A stretch of 64,000 nucleotides of DNA from the human T2T-CHM13v2.0 reference genome, Homo sapiens, in assembly GCF_009914755.1 (NCBI RefSeq), contig NC_060930.1, one strand, 5' to 3'. This document shows, in pieces, positions 43,471 to 59,020 of the stretch. Below the pieces are notes generated by a model. The model was given only the letters and a program-made list of their open reading frames with translations. It was not told the DNA's origin and made no database searches. The translations under genes were made by a program, and so were the position numbers. Position 1 is the stretch's first letter. Each line of letters opens with the position of its first letter.

Positions 43471-45196
43471 ATGTCAGATGGTGATATGTGCTAAAATAAA
43501 TAAAGTCAAATAGGGAAGGGTAACGGAGGTGCAATTTTAAATAAGGTACTGCAGGAAGGCCTTACTGAGAAAGCCGCTATGAGCAAAGATTTCAAGTTGC
43601 TGAGGGAGAAACCATGCAGATTTCTGAGGGAAGAGAATTCCGGGCAGAGGGAACAGCAAGAGGAAATGGTCACTGCACACAATTAAAGCTGCATAAATTA
43701 ACTGAGAAGGAATGGAGAACCAGGAGAGTGTGACAAGTGAACAAAGTATTTGGAGGAGGATGGAGTGATCAACTGTGTCAAAATGGCAGACATATCACAT
43801 AGCATGAGGACTGGGAAATGATCATTATTAAATTTAGCAAATAGAAGTCATAGTTGACTTTGACAAAAACAATTTCAGTGAGGCAGTGGAGGCGAAAGCT
43901 TGACAAGAACAGGGTTTAGGAGAGGAACTGAAGTAGTGAATATGGTAGGCCATTTCTGTAAAGTAAAGCTGAAGCAAAGGGCAGTGGCTGGAGGAGAAAG
44001 TGGGGTCAAGATGAGAGAGTCTGTAGTGGAAGGAAAACCCAGGCATCCATGAAAAAGAAACTTAAGGTTCCCTTCCTGAATGATGTTAGGAAGTTTAAAA
44101 ATAAAACACACGAAACTAGCTATCTGAAAAATGACACAACCCAAATGATTACTAAAAAGAAGGGAATTTCAGAAATGTTTGACATCTAATCAAGGAGACT
44201 TGAATTTCATCTAAAGAGGTGTTATTGGATTGTTGGATTTTGATTATAACTCTGAAATAGTTTAAGCCTACTTGATTGTAAGTTACCTAATGAAGGAGAC
44301 TGTATTAAAAAGACAAGGGCATGGTTTGCATAGGATTCATAAAACAGGAGTTTGAGAGACAAAATGTGGCACTGTGTTCCCAGCAATGTCCACTAAAAAA
44401 GGTGTACTGATGAGCAGACTTGAAAACTGGGCTCATTTAGCAGGTATAATTTTCATTATTTAACTGTAAAGATGAATGTGTCTTGGGATTATCATTAGGT
44501 CATTAGCATCATCCAGATGATTTCAGATCAGAAAGCAAGCTTATGAGCAGTAGTTTTCCATATGGATTCCTTATAAGAGGACTCTGTGCTTGAGTGTCTA
44601 GTCCCTAGGAGACTGTGAATTCCTATTAATAAATTGGCATTCTGATTTATTTGGTACCCTCATGTGAGTTTGGTTCTAGTAGTCAGCAGCCTAGAATTAG
44701 CTAGATATATTAAAGCAAAGGGCCAAGCTTTGAAATGACACTGAGGTAGAGCAGGGCCAGCATCATTAGGCAGCCTCCCAGGTGCCACCCATACCTTATC
44801 CTTTGTCCATCTAACCATATGTTTGAAGTACCGTACTGAGGAAAGAACACTGAACTTAACAGTCAGAAAATCATCTAGGACTCTGCCACCACTACCCATG
44901 CAACCTGAGTAGTGTCACTTAATTTCTGTGACCCTCAGTTTATATATCTTTACAAATAGGAGTAACAATAGCTAGTCTATTTTGCTGCGTTATTTTGTTT
45001 TGTTTTGTTTTGAGACTCAGAATCTAAATCTAAAACAAATGGTTATAGGAACAGAAGGTATTAATGCCATCATCATTACATGTCCTGCAGCCTAAATATA
45101 TAATTGATACACTTAAGCACACTACCACAGTTATCTGAGAATTGAAGGCAACATGAAAAACCACGAGCCCACTGAACAAAATATGGGAAATCCTAC

Positions 45197-45271
45197 CTCC
45201 CAGCAACTGGTTTGGCAATGTTTTCAAAAACGGTCTCTTGGTTTGCATCCTGATCAAAAATTCTTTGAAAT
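45197..45271 (-). CDS. KIF6: KIF6 coding exon 3, 75 nt, (K)FQRIFDQDANQETVFENIAKPVAG(S)
   Basis: Acceptor ttgcag (AG at 45273-45272) and donor AG|gtagga (GT at 45196-45195). Phase 2 matches exon 2. It carries the kinesin motif FxFxxIF..ANQETVF. The next (P-loop) exon was not found in the window, so intron 3 extends past position 1. Confidence 0.96.
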
Positions 45272-45949
45272 CTGCAATGTGAAAAATAGTAATTATTTAA
45301 AAGCTGCACCTCCAAACACTATCAGATTAATAAATCTTGTTTTTCTGAAAGCTCTATTAATTACCCCATATTTACATCACTGGGCTTACCTAACTTAGCA
45401 CAATGTTTGCCCTGTAGTCTCAACCACACTGTGCTGTTGTACTCCTGTATACAAATGGTGGGTAAACAGTATTGCTTTGACAAGATCTGCACAATAAATC
45501 CCTCTGAAAAACTGCAGCAGCTTTGAACCAAATAACAAATTGTGTGCTTTTTAGCTCTCAAGAGGGACAGTGTCTACAATTGGCAAGAAATTCAAAACCA
45601 GATAGCTGCATGAAATGGAAATCCAAGAACAGGATGTAAACAGCCAAGGAACTTCTAATATCCGACCTGTGAGAAAAGAATGCAACTGTGAATTGTATGA
45701 TTATTGAACTTAGTTTTAGTATTTTGAACTAAAGTTTATTTTTCCACTAATTTGGTGCTATATCCTAGCATCAACCATTTAATTCTCAGGATGGTTTTGT
45801 TTCATTTTGTTGACCATGAGTCAAAAGTCAAAAAGTAAATTATGATAGACCTGTCCCACAGAGAGAAGGTTTAATCAGATTGGCAATGGCTTAGGGGAAG
45901 AGAGTGGAGGTGTGGTGTCAATTTCACTCTTCTTGCAATGCTTCTCTGA

Positions 45950-46213
<264 letters not shown>

Positions 46214-47329
46214 GCTGACCTACCTCCATTTTAGAGAAGCAAACAATGAACTATACAAAGAGATAATCTAAGGCACTCTGGCTAGTATGTCATTTAGCAG
46301 GGAAGATTGTATTTTAGACAGTAATATTTACTGTTTAGTGTGCCCAGATTGCTTCTCAAAACTCTATAGATGTATCACAGCTTCAGATATGAACACCAAC
46401 ATAACACAGAGGTCAACATAACACATAGCTGCTGAACTGCTTTTCAGAGCACTGTGTAGTATGAGGTCTGAGCACATATTCTCAGCTTTTGAGGAGAATG
46501 ATGATAACGCTGGTTCACTTCTTTTATCAGATGGGTGATGACTGGGTGAATCAATTAGCCATTTTCTACCCCACTTCTTTAAAAAAAGAGTAATTATATC
46601 TACTACCATGTAAATAAAAGAGATAGCAGAAGTTTTAAAGAAGGCAGTGAATCACACACAGAATATCTTCTGAAAGGTACCTTGTGTAAAATTAATGATA
46701 GCATTTTCATTTCTAATTGATCTATTCATTCCACAAACACATACTGAGGGCCTACCATGTACCAGTCACTTCTAACAAGATTTAAATTAAACTAAAATGT
46801 AATTTTAGTATAATATCTATAAAGCATATTGAATTCCTTGGGGGAAAATGACATCCTCCACTATTTAAAATAGCAGGTGGTAGAAACACAAGCCATCCAG
46901 ATCTCCCTTTTTATTGACTTTTCCCCACACATTTTAGAAGAACGATTTTAGCACCAAAGTTTACAATAAACCATTAACTATATATTAAGCATCAAATGTC
47001 ATCATCCCAAAATATTGCATTTTATACAATATAGTTGCATAGTAATCTGAAAAGGCATTTTGATCAGCTGTCTTCTGAAAACCACTGAAGAGCACAATAG
47101 GATCACAATTAGAAGGGATTTTAACAGGTTCAGTCTAATGATTAACAGAGGAAGAAGTCGAGATCCACAGAGATAAAGTAATTACTCAGAGTCTTAGAGC
47201 TCATCAATAATATGCCTTGAGACATAACTTAGGTTTCCTGATTCTTAGGAGGTCTTTTCATTTGTTAGGAACTTGAGTAGGCTTTTTCTAAACTCCATTT
47301 CAAACCCAGCATATGCTGACTTCTTCCCA

Positions 47330-48282
47330 CCCTAAAGAATGGTGCACTTCCTGTGCTCTTCCTCATCTCAGAAAGCAACAGCTCTATCCCTCTAAATGTT
47401 CAGTCCAAAACCATTAGGATCTGCTTGACTCCTCTGTTTCTACTATACTTTATGTCTAATCCATCAGCAAACTCTGTCAGGTGAGACCTTCACAATATAT
47501 CCAGAATTCAATTATTTCTCAACATTTCCACTGTTACCACCTTGGTCCACGCTACCATAATTTCTTGCCTGGTATCTCTTGCAATAGCCTAACTAGTCTT
47601 TTCCCCCTTCCAGCCTGTTTTCCACATGTCAACAAGAGTGATCCTGCTAAAACATAAGTGAGATAATTTCATTCCTCTGCTCAAAGCCCTCCATTGCCTT
47701 CTCACGGCTCAAGTCCTCACAATGACTTATAAGGCTCTAAGTGATCTGGCCATTCTGCTGCCTCATGCTTACTCTACTCCTCATGCTTACTCTACTCCTC
47801 ATGCTTACTCTACTCATGCTTACTCCCCTCTACCTCTTGCTTACTCTACTCCAGCCACATAGATCACTTTTTCTCAAACATGCCGGGCGTTCTCCCCATT
47901 AGGGATTTCACTCTTGCTATTCCCTTGGCCTGAAAGTCTCATCCCTTAGATACTTGAATGGCTGGCTTCCTCACCTCCATCAAGTCTTTGCTCAAATGTT
48001 CCTTTGCTGTACACCTTCCCTGACCTATTAAATGTTGCAACCATTCCTCTCCTTCACCCCGCTCATCCAGCACTCCTCATTCCCCTTCTTTGTCACACTT
48101 TTCTCCATGGCACGTAGCACCTTCTGACGTACATTTTGCTTACTGATCTTCTCCTCTATCTCCTCCCACTAAAATGTAAGCTCCCTAAGAGCAGGAGCTT
48201 TGTTGTGTTCCCTGCTGTATTCCTAGCAATTAAAACAGCTCACAGTGGGTAGCCAATAAGTATTTATTGGTTGAATAAATGT
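47330..48282 (-). mobile_element. L2 remnant
   Basis: Pyrimidine-rich L2 3' region ending 'aataagtatttattggttgaataaatg'. Confidence 0.7.
47761..47850. repeat. 18-bp tandem repeat (cctcatgcttactctact), 3 perfect plus ~2 degenerate copies
   Basis: Perfect units at 47761, 47779 and 47797. Confidence 0.9.
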
Positions 48283-48470
48283 TCTTGGGGGAAAACAGCC
48301 TTTAAAATGCTTAAATATTTATCTCTGAACATATGTGTAAGTTGAATATTTTATTAATTTTTAATTTTGAATATTAAAACCATTATTTTCAATTCAGAGA
48401 TTTAAAAATAAGCCAATGGTGCTTTTACAACAATTGCACTCTGTTTGTATCTATATAAAGAATACTTTGG

Positions 48471-48824
<354 letters not shown>

Positions 48825-48987
48825 TTATCAATCAAATGGAATCATGTTGAATAAAATATTTCAGCAAACTGTTGTTTTATGTAATAGATTTTGGCCTAGG
48901 CCAGCTGGTAACAAGTCACAATTATGAAGGTATGTAGCATGCTTACATCAGTGGGAGAACGTCCTCTTCAGAAAAAGCAAAGCAGGG

Positions 48988-49298
48988 GCCAGGCGCGGTG
49001 GCTCACACCTGTAATCCCAGCACTTTGGGAGGCCAAGGAGGGTCAGATCGCTTGAGCCCAGGAGTTCAAGACCAGCCTGGGCAACATGGTAAAACCCAGT
49101 CTCTACCAAAAAAAAAAAAAATTAGCTGGATGTGGTGGTGCATACCTGAAGTCTCACAGGCTGAGGTGGGAGAATCACCTGAGCCCTGAAGGTCAGAACT
49201 GCAGTGAACTGAGATTGTAGCACTGTACTCCAGCCTGGGTGACAGAGTGAGAACCTGTCTTAGAAAAAAAAAAAAAAAAGAAAGAAAGAAAAAGAAAA
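48988..49298 (+). mobile_element. AluJ-like element
   Basis: Dimeric Alu with A-rich tail. Confidence 0.88.
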
Positions 49299-49552
49299 GC
49301 ACAGGTTTTAGGGCTATTCCTTAAAGGATATAATGAAAGACAATGGGGAGACATAAAGACAAGGTGAGGACCGCCCCACTAGGCAACAATAGGTTAGCAA
49401 GCCTTGCTTGTACTTACTGTAAAAGACACAATAAGAAAATGAGGTGGAAGTGGAGGGAGAGATGTATATTATATATGAAAGACAAAAGGTAGAGTTATGA
49501 AGACCAAGGAGAAATTCTTTATGAGACAACAAAAAAAGCAAATAAGAATTTA

Positions 49553-49861
<309 letters not shown>

Positions 49862-50279
49862 TTAAAAAGAAAAAGAGAGAGAGAGAGAGAGGAATAAAAA
49901 AAAATCTGGGATAGTTTTATCCAAAGGGCAAAGGCAGGAATAGTCTCAAAACAGGGCCTTTGTAAAACAGTCTAGAGATACATTGAAGAGAAGAATTAGG
50001 ATTCTTTCAGCAGGATCCAGAAATCCGTCACCAAAATTTGGGCCAGAGATCAAAGACGGATTTAATTTGGGCTCAAACTTCCCCAGAAATCAAAAGTGGA
50101 GATTAAAAGAAATAGATTAATCTGAAAATGGAGACTAAAGAGAATGTGAAATAGCTATACTCCCTAAATTCAAGACCTAGCTACAAAAAGAGTATTCAGA
50201 CCAAAGACACTGATGACCATGCAAGGGTAGCTGTTTGGTATTTTTCAACTGAGCCATTATAGTTCAGCATTACCCAAGA

Positions 50280-50808
50280 GAAATATAATGGCATCCCTAA
50301 ATGTGAGGGCATATGTAATTTAAAATTTTCTACTAGCCACGTTTTTAAAAAAGCAAAAAGATTAGTTGGGCATGGTGGTGCAGGCCTGTAGTTCCAGCTA
50401 TTCAGGAGGCTAAGGTGGGAGGATCACTGGAGCCCAGCAGTTCAAGGCCACAGTGAACTATGACTCCACCACTGCACTCCAGCCTGGGTGACAGAGCAGG
50501 ACCCCATCTTAAAAATTTAAAATAAAATAAATAAAACTTTAAGAAACAAAAAGAAACAGCTGAAATTAATTTTAATAATATACTTTTAACCAAAGTTAGA
50601 AGTTTCATGTACCAAAATGTTACAATTTCAGCAAATAATCAATATGAAAAATGTCTTGAGATATTTTACATTCTTTTTCCTTCATGCTAAGTCTTCAAAA
50701 ATCCTTCATATGTTTTATACTTTACAGCACATCTCAATTCAGTTTGAACATACTTCAAGTGTTCAAGAACCACATGTGGCTTGTGGCTATTATATTGGAC
50801 AGCACAGA
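50280..50808. mobile_element. MER33-like hAT fossil split by an Alu right arm (~50361-50535)
   Basis: 'atatgtaatttaaaattttctactagccac' ... 'ccacatgtggcttgtggctattatattggacagcacag'. Confidence 0.7.
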
Positions 50809-51229
50809 TATAGAGTATACATATGTGTATATGAGGTCCAAATATCATATATATTATAAAGAAGGCTTACCTATGTAGCACACAAATGATACTGTAAGTT
50901 CTTACCGTCAGTGAAGTTTAATCATGCATTGGAACTTTCTGTAAGTGCTAAACAAGAGTGGGTTGAGTAGGAAAATACTAGATAAACAGAGCTAGTAAAG
51001 AAAGGCTGGAATCTTGGAATACAATCTCAGATATAGAAATACACATTATTTTTGACCTTGGGCACAGCAGTGAAAAGGCAACTTGAGTTCAGTCTACTAG
51101 GTGAGATGAAGAGCTGCGTTGCATTTTCCACAAGAAATGGTGCTAATGATTTCACAATGAATATTAATGCAGTACAAGAGTTAGTTCAATAATGAAACAG
51201 AAATGAAAAAAGGAGAAAGAAAAACTTAC

Positions 51230-51339
51230 TTAAATTTGTAGCTTTCTCGCTTATTATTCACAAACCCATCTGCCAAATCACGTGGTAAGATGATTTCCAA
51301 GCTAGGTATTAATTTTTCATCTTCATCTATGGAATAAAT
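51230..51339 (-). CDS. KIF6: KIF6 coding exon 2, 110 nt, IYSIDEDEKLIPSLEIILPRDLADGFVNNKRESYKF(K)
   Basis: Acceptor ttgcag at 51345-51340 and donor AA|gtaagt with GT at 51229-51228. It continues exon 1 in frame and ends in phase 2. Confidence 0.97.
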
Positions 51340-53986
51340 CTGCAAATGTGAAGACAACAAATGGATATAAAATGGTGAAATTATGGCTTGAACTATCACC
51401 ATGTTATTATGACTTGTAATGATATGAAAATTATACTCTTAAGATTAAAAAGTCATAATATCATATAATTTGAATAATTTTTCTCTTTGAACTGTGTGGA
51501 TTCAGACAAATATATGGAACTGAACCAGAAGTAAAACCTAAATTAATGCTGTATCAAAGTCAGATCATCTTTGAATGATCTAACATTCAAATATAAGTAT
51601 TTGACTATCTCTGTTATTATTGTCATTGAGAAACTAATAGCCTGAAAGCAACATTTTATCTAAGTATTGCTTTAGTATTGTGTATCAGGAGTTAACATTT
51701 TACTACAATCAATAAGCATTTCTGAGCATTTACAAAATACCAGAGATAAAGGGACTAGGTTTGGAGCCATCTCAGATAGCTCACCAAGAATGCTCTAATT
51801 CAAGTTATGTTCAAAGAAGCCTAAGGTTCCATGAGACATTTTCAGGCATTTGATAAGAGAGATGTGGCTTCAAAAGACACATGTAATTCATGTATTTGAT
51901 GTCATTTTCAAGGTTCTCCTTCCAACTCAGCCACTAATTAGCAAGTGACCTGGGAGAAATCCTTAAGCCTTTCTAAGCTGATATGGAAATAGAGGGTCTT
52001 AACCAACACCCTTAGGACTGTAACATTCTCTGATTCTCTTCCTGGTTTCCTACTCCATCATTTTTATTGGCCAGGAAAATTAAAAGTCAAGCCTATAAAG
52101 AGGTCATGTGGAATAAATAAAAGCATAAGATTTGTCCCAAGACTTGGGTCCAACACTGAGCTCAATTTACCAGCTGTGTGACCAGCCACCACTTTCAGAA
52201 TTGAGGTTCCTTGTACATAAAATGAGGAAAACAGAATTACCTCCCTTACAAGATTGCTGTGGGGATCAAATGATGTAATGGAAATCACCATAAAATTGTA
52301 ATGCACCATAAAAAAAAAAAGTCATTAGATTTAAAGGTTTTTTTTTTTTTTTTAAAGGCTTCTTGTCTTTTACCATGAAATAAAATTCCTTCTAACAGGC
52401 AATACTTCCTGTTTAAGACCCATTTAGATGCTTGGTTATGAGGAAAAAGTCATATTCCTAAGCAAGTAAAAGCCTACCTAAATCTCCAGAAAGTTTGAAT
52501 ATTTTCCTAAGTATATTTTTATTGAAACTTCTCATTTAAAATGTGAAGAATTCATGCAGAAAAGTCATTACATAAAATAAAGTATTTGTAGAAAGCAATG
52601 GCATCAGGTTCAAGGCTTTCTGGCTAGGTTTTCTCAAGAGACATTTAAAAATTATATCCTGTTGGGCACTACATTAAAAAAAAAAGTTTTATAGCCAGAC
52701 AGGTGAGTGAAGGGGGTGTATAAGACATGAAACATACAAGAGTGAGGAGTTACATCCATTTTTAAAAAGTCTATATTTCTCTGCTCAGCAGACAGAAAAG
52801 AATATTAACTGCCATTAATGACCCTCCACTACTCTGATTAAGACACTCTTTGAGGCCTTAAGAAAAGTCCCTTAGAACCAGATCACTTGTTTAGTGTAAT
52901 ATTGGCTTTCTATCCTTATTCATAAAAATATTATTTGAGATAGTGAAGTTTTTTTTTTAAGAAGACAGAACAAGTGCAAGGATGAATATGAAAATGTTTT
53001 GAAATGTATAAAGCACTGTACAAATGGAAAGCATTACCACTGTTAAAACTATCAAAGATTCATTTTATATATCCTTTTTATTAATCTGTTATTACAATTT
53101 ACTTTATGATGCCTTAAAGAATAAAAGTAATGCAGTAATGAAGCTATAAAATGAAGAGAAAGAAAAAAATTCCTTTGAGTCACTCTCAATTTAATACTAC
53201 AAAAAGCATTTCTAGTCAGAGAAAGAACTCTACAATCTTTTGCGGACAAGAAGATATGGCATTAAACTGTGGAGTTTTTAAGGGCGAACAGGGATATACT
53301 AATTCAATATTTATTCATTCCCATTCTCTTTGTGTGTATGTGTGTGTGACACCTAAAAATATGACACCTAAAACTACTTCCTGGAGGATCAAACAATCCA
53401 CTCTACAGACTCACCAAAGACATACAAAATGAGGTACATTAAAATATCCAAACACTGCATTTTAAGAGAAAAGAAAGTTCAGTATTAAATCCAAGACTCT
53501 CCATCCACTTCCCTGAGCCCCACCCCTACCCATCCTGTCTCTTGACCTTATCCCAGCCTCTGCTCTGACTGCTGAGCCCATGTAGATAAGCTCAACAGTT
53601 TAAGCTAAGAATCTGGGGGGAAATGTTACATACAATACACTTTTTACATATGATGCACTCTAAAAAGAAATGCATGTAAGTGATTATTAGAGGAGAGAAA
53701 ATGGGAAGATACCCATGGTTCTTTCTACACCACTTTATTCCTGTTTTAAATACATAAATTATACGAGGCAAATGCTTAATCATGAGATGCTATGATATTC
53801 CACATAGACATATACCCAGTATATATATGGAACAGGAATACAACATTATTAATATGCCCACTCCATATACTCACAAATATGATCCAAATTGCCCTTGCCT
53901 AAATTGTCACTTTGAGAGGCAAAAAAGGTTTCCGAAAAGGGGATAGCTTTGAAATCAAAAATCCTTAATTAAAATTACAGCTCTGC

Positions 53987-54455
53987 TGTTCACAATAGCA
54001 AAGACATAGAACCAATCTAAATGCCCATCAGTGATAGACTGGTTAAAGAAAATGTGGTACATATATATACACCATGGAATACTATGCAGCCATAAAAAAG
54101 GATGAGTTCATGTCGTTTGCAGGGACATGGATGAAGCTGGAAACCATCATTCTCAGCAAACTAAAACAAGAACAGAAAGCCAAACACCACATGTTCTCAC
54201 TCATAAGTGGGAGCTGAACAATGAGAACGCATGCACACAGGGAGTGGAACATCACACCCTGGGGCCTGTCGTGGGGTGGGAGGCTACGGGAGGGATAGCA
54301 TTAGGAGAAATACCTAATGTAGATGACAGATTGGTGGGTGCAGCAAACCACCACGGCACGTGTATACCTACGTGAGAAACCTGTACGTTCTGCACATGCA
54401 CCCCAGGACTTAAAGTATAATAACGAATAAAATAAATGTTCTAAAATTGAAAAAA
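53987..54455 (+). mobile_element. 5'-truncated L1PA (about PA7/8) 3' end with TSD, inserted in a MIR
   Basis: L1 ORF2 end plus 3' UTR; TSD aaaattacagct at 53971-53982 and 54456-54467; TT|AAAA endonuclease site. Confidence 0.88.
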
Positions 54456-54697
54456 AAAATTACAGCTATGCCACTCCCCAGCTGGGTGCCTTGGTCACAT
54501 TATTTAACCTGAGACTCAGTTTCCTAATCTGTAAAATGCGGAAAATGACACCAACCTTGCAGGGTTCTTGTGAGAATGAGAGATAATGCAGATAAAGCAC
54601 CTGTCAGGTGGCCATTTCTCAAGATACATAAGAATGACTATGCTCCCTTCTAGGCAGAAGAGAGGATGTTTTGAAATATTTAAGAAGCATAAGAAGT

Positions 54698-55015
<318 letters not shown>

Positions 55016-55770
55016 TCATTGCTCAGAGTCAGGGCAATGTCTTAACCTTCTTTATACCTTTCTGAATTTAGCACACTAGAGGAAGCACCTGGTAAATATT
55101 TAGTTAATTGTTTCTGAATGAAGTACACATGCGTATTCTTTGGGTCAGGATGCTTAAGCATCTACCTATATCTATTAATACAAGGAGTATATGTAAAGGT
55201 TCACGTTTATGTTGGAGAATAACAACAGTCAACTAATTACTGAGGCCCCACTGGGTGCAAAGTACTACATATGTGTATGCTTTGTGCATTTGTGTCTATC
55301 TATATTTGTATTATTTCAGAGGTACATAAACACGCATCTCTTGCTTGCACGTTTTGCCCGAGTGCCAAAATGTACCTTTGAGTGTATCTGCATGTGCGGT
55401 GCTGCGTGAGTTTCCCAGAAAGGTGCAATAAGTGCTTATGTGTAGTTGAAGCGCACACTATACAGGCATACTGAACATGCACTAGTCTGCCCCCGCGTGA
55501 ACACGTGTGCCTGGGTGCAAAAAAAATGGCTCTCTGCCGGGTCTGCGCTGTGCCAGGTAGGAGTGGCCTGGCTGTCGGTCGCGTAGCTGACAGCAGTGCG
55601 CGGGGGTCTTCGCGGCTGCAGGGCTCCTCGGTCAGTGTGTGCGGGATTCCGGGCGGCCTCGGCGCCCACCAGCAAGCCCCTCACCTCCGCCCAGCCCCTT
55701 CGCGTGCCGCCGCCCGACCCCAGCCCAAGAGGCCCCGCCGCGCCGGCGCCCCGGAGGCTCCAGCCCGTAC

Positions 55771-55836
55771 CCCTTGTTGGTGCTTCCGGACAGGGGGCTT
55801 CACCCTCGCGAATATCTGGATAGTCTGCTTCACCAT
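55771..55836 (-). CDS. KIF6: KIF6 (kinesin-9 family motor) coding exon 1, 66 nt, MVKQTIQIFARVKPPVRKHQQG
   Basis: ATG at 55836-55834 (context GAGATGG). The translation matches the recalled N-terminus of human KIF6, including the kinesin 'IQIFARVKP' beta-1 motif. Donor GGG|gtacgg with GT at 55770-55769, phase 0. Confidence 0.97.
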
Positions 55837-55917
55837 CTCCTCCCTGGCTCTGCAATGACCCTTGACCTCTCTCAGGCCCGGGCTGCCAAAACTAACTCCC
55901 ACCACCTCCGGCGACCC

Positions 55918-55946
55918 ACAGTCTTAGCAACAGTAGCTAGGGTCAC
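55918..55946. promoter_or_regulatory. Candidate RFX X-box motifs near the KIF6 transcription start
   Basis: gtcttagcaac (RGYAAC half-site) followed by gtagctagggtcac, which resembles GTTGCYATGGYAAC. Confidence 0.5.
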
Positions 55947-56066
55947 TACCCAGTGAGCACCTTGGCAGCCAGGATCCCGCCTCCTCCCTCTAATTGGTCG
56001 CGACCGGAAGGAGGCCACTACGGGGCGGGGCTAGGGAGGGGAGGGCGGGGGTGGAGAGGAGAGCGC

Positions 56067-56078
56067 TGCGCATGCGCA
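56067..56078. promoter_or_regulatory. NRF1 binding motif TGCGCATGCGCA
   Basis: Perfect palindromic NRF1 consensus inside the promoter CpG island. Confidence 0.75.
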
Positions 56079-56226
56079 TGAGCGAGTGTCTGGGCTCTGG
56101 GTTTAGCGCCGGACCCGGCCTGGACCGTGTGGTTAAAGGGGAACAACCACCATGCCTTGCCCCGCCCCGCTCATTCACCCATTTTATTCTCCATGCCCTT
56201 GCCTTTAAAAAAAAATACAGCACTGG

Positions 56227-56478
56227 GCCGGGCGTGGTGGCTCATGCTTGTAATCCCAGCAGTTTTTGGGAAGCCGAGGTGGTAGGATCGCTTAGAGCCC
56301 AGGAATTTGAGACCAGCCTGGGCAGCATAGTGAGACTCCGTCTCTACAAAAAATACAAAAGTTAGCCAAGCGTGGTGGCGCGCCTGTATCCCAGCTACTC
56401 GGGAGGTTGAGGCAGGAGGATCGCTTGAGCCCGGGAGGTCGAAGCTGTAGTGAGCCAAGATTGCAGAACTGCTCCAGC
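56227..56478 (+). mobile_element. AluJ-like element, 3'-truncated, immediately upstream of the promoter
   Basis: Alu sequence without a poly-A tail; CpGs retained. Confidence 0.85.
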
Positions 56479-56709
56479 CCACTTGGAGATCACAGTCTGA
56501 AGAAGGAGACAGATTTTTTTTTTCCTTCACAAGGTCTCTCAAGTGACAAGGAGACAGATTTTCAACAGGAAATCAAAACCAAGGAATACAAACTATGCCA
56601 TGATGGAATTAGAAGTGGGGCTAGCTCTGTTTTGGAAAAGGATAAAACTGGATGAAGGGGACTGTTTCCCACACAATGGTCACGGCAAGAAAGGATGAGC
56701 TCTTCAAAC

Positions 56710-59020
<2,311 letters not shown>

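Larger units (their letters stand above)
55480..56170 (-). promoter_or_regulatory. KIF6: CpG island / KIF6 promoter and 5' UTR
   Basis: Sharp GC- and CpG-rich segment in an AT-rich background, overlapping exon 1. GC boxes at 56022-56030, 56043-56050 and 56160-56168; CCAAT (minus strand) at 55993-55997; ETS core CCGGAAG at 56004-56010; no obvious TATA box. Confidence 0.9.

Noticed and set aside
55436-56365. Overlapping ORFs on both strands at the CpG island
   Set aside because: These are expected from stop-codon scarcity in GC-rich DNA. Only 55836-55771 matches a known protein with splice continuity.
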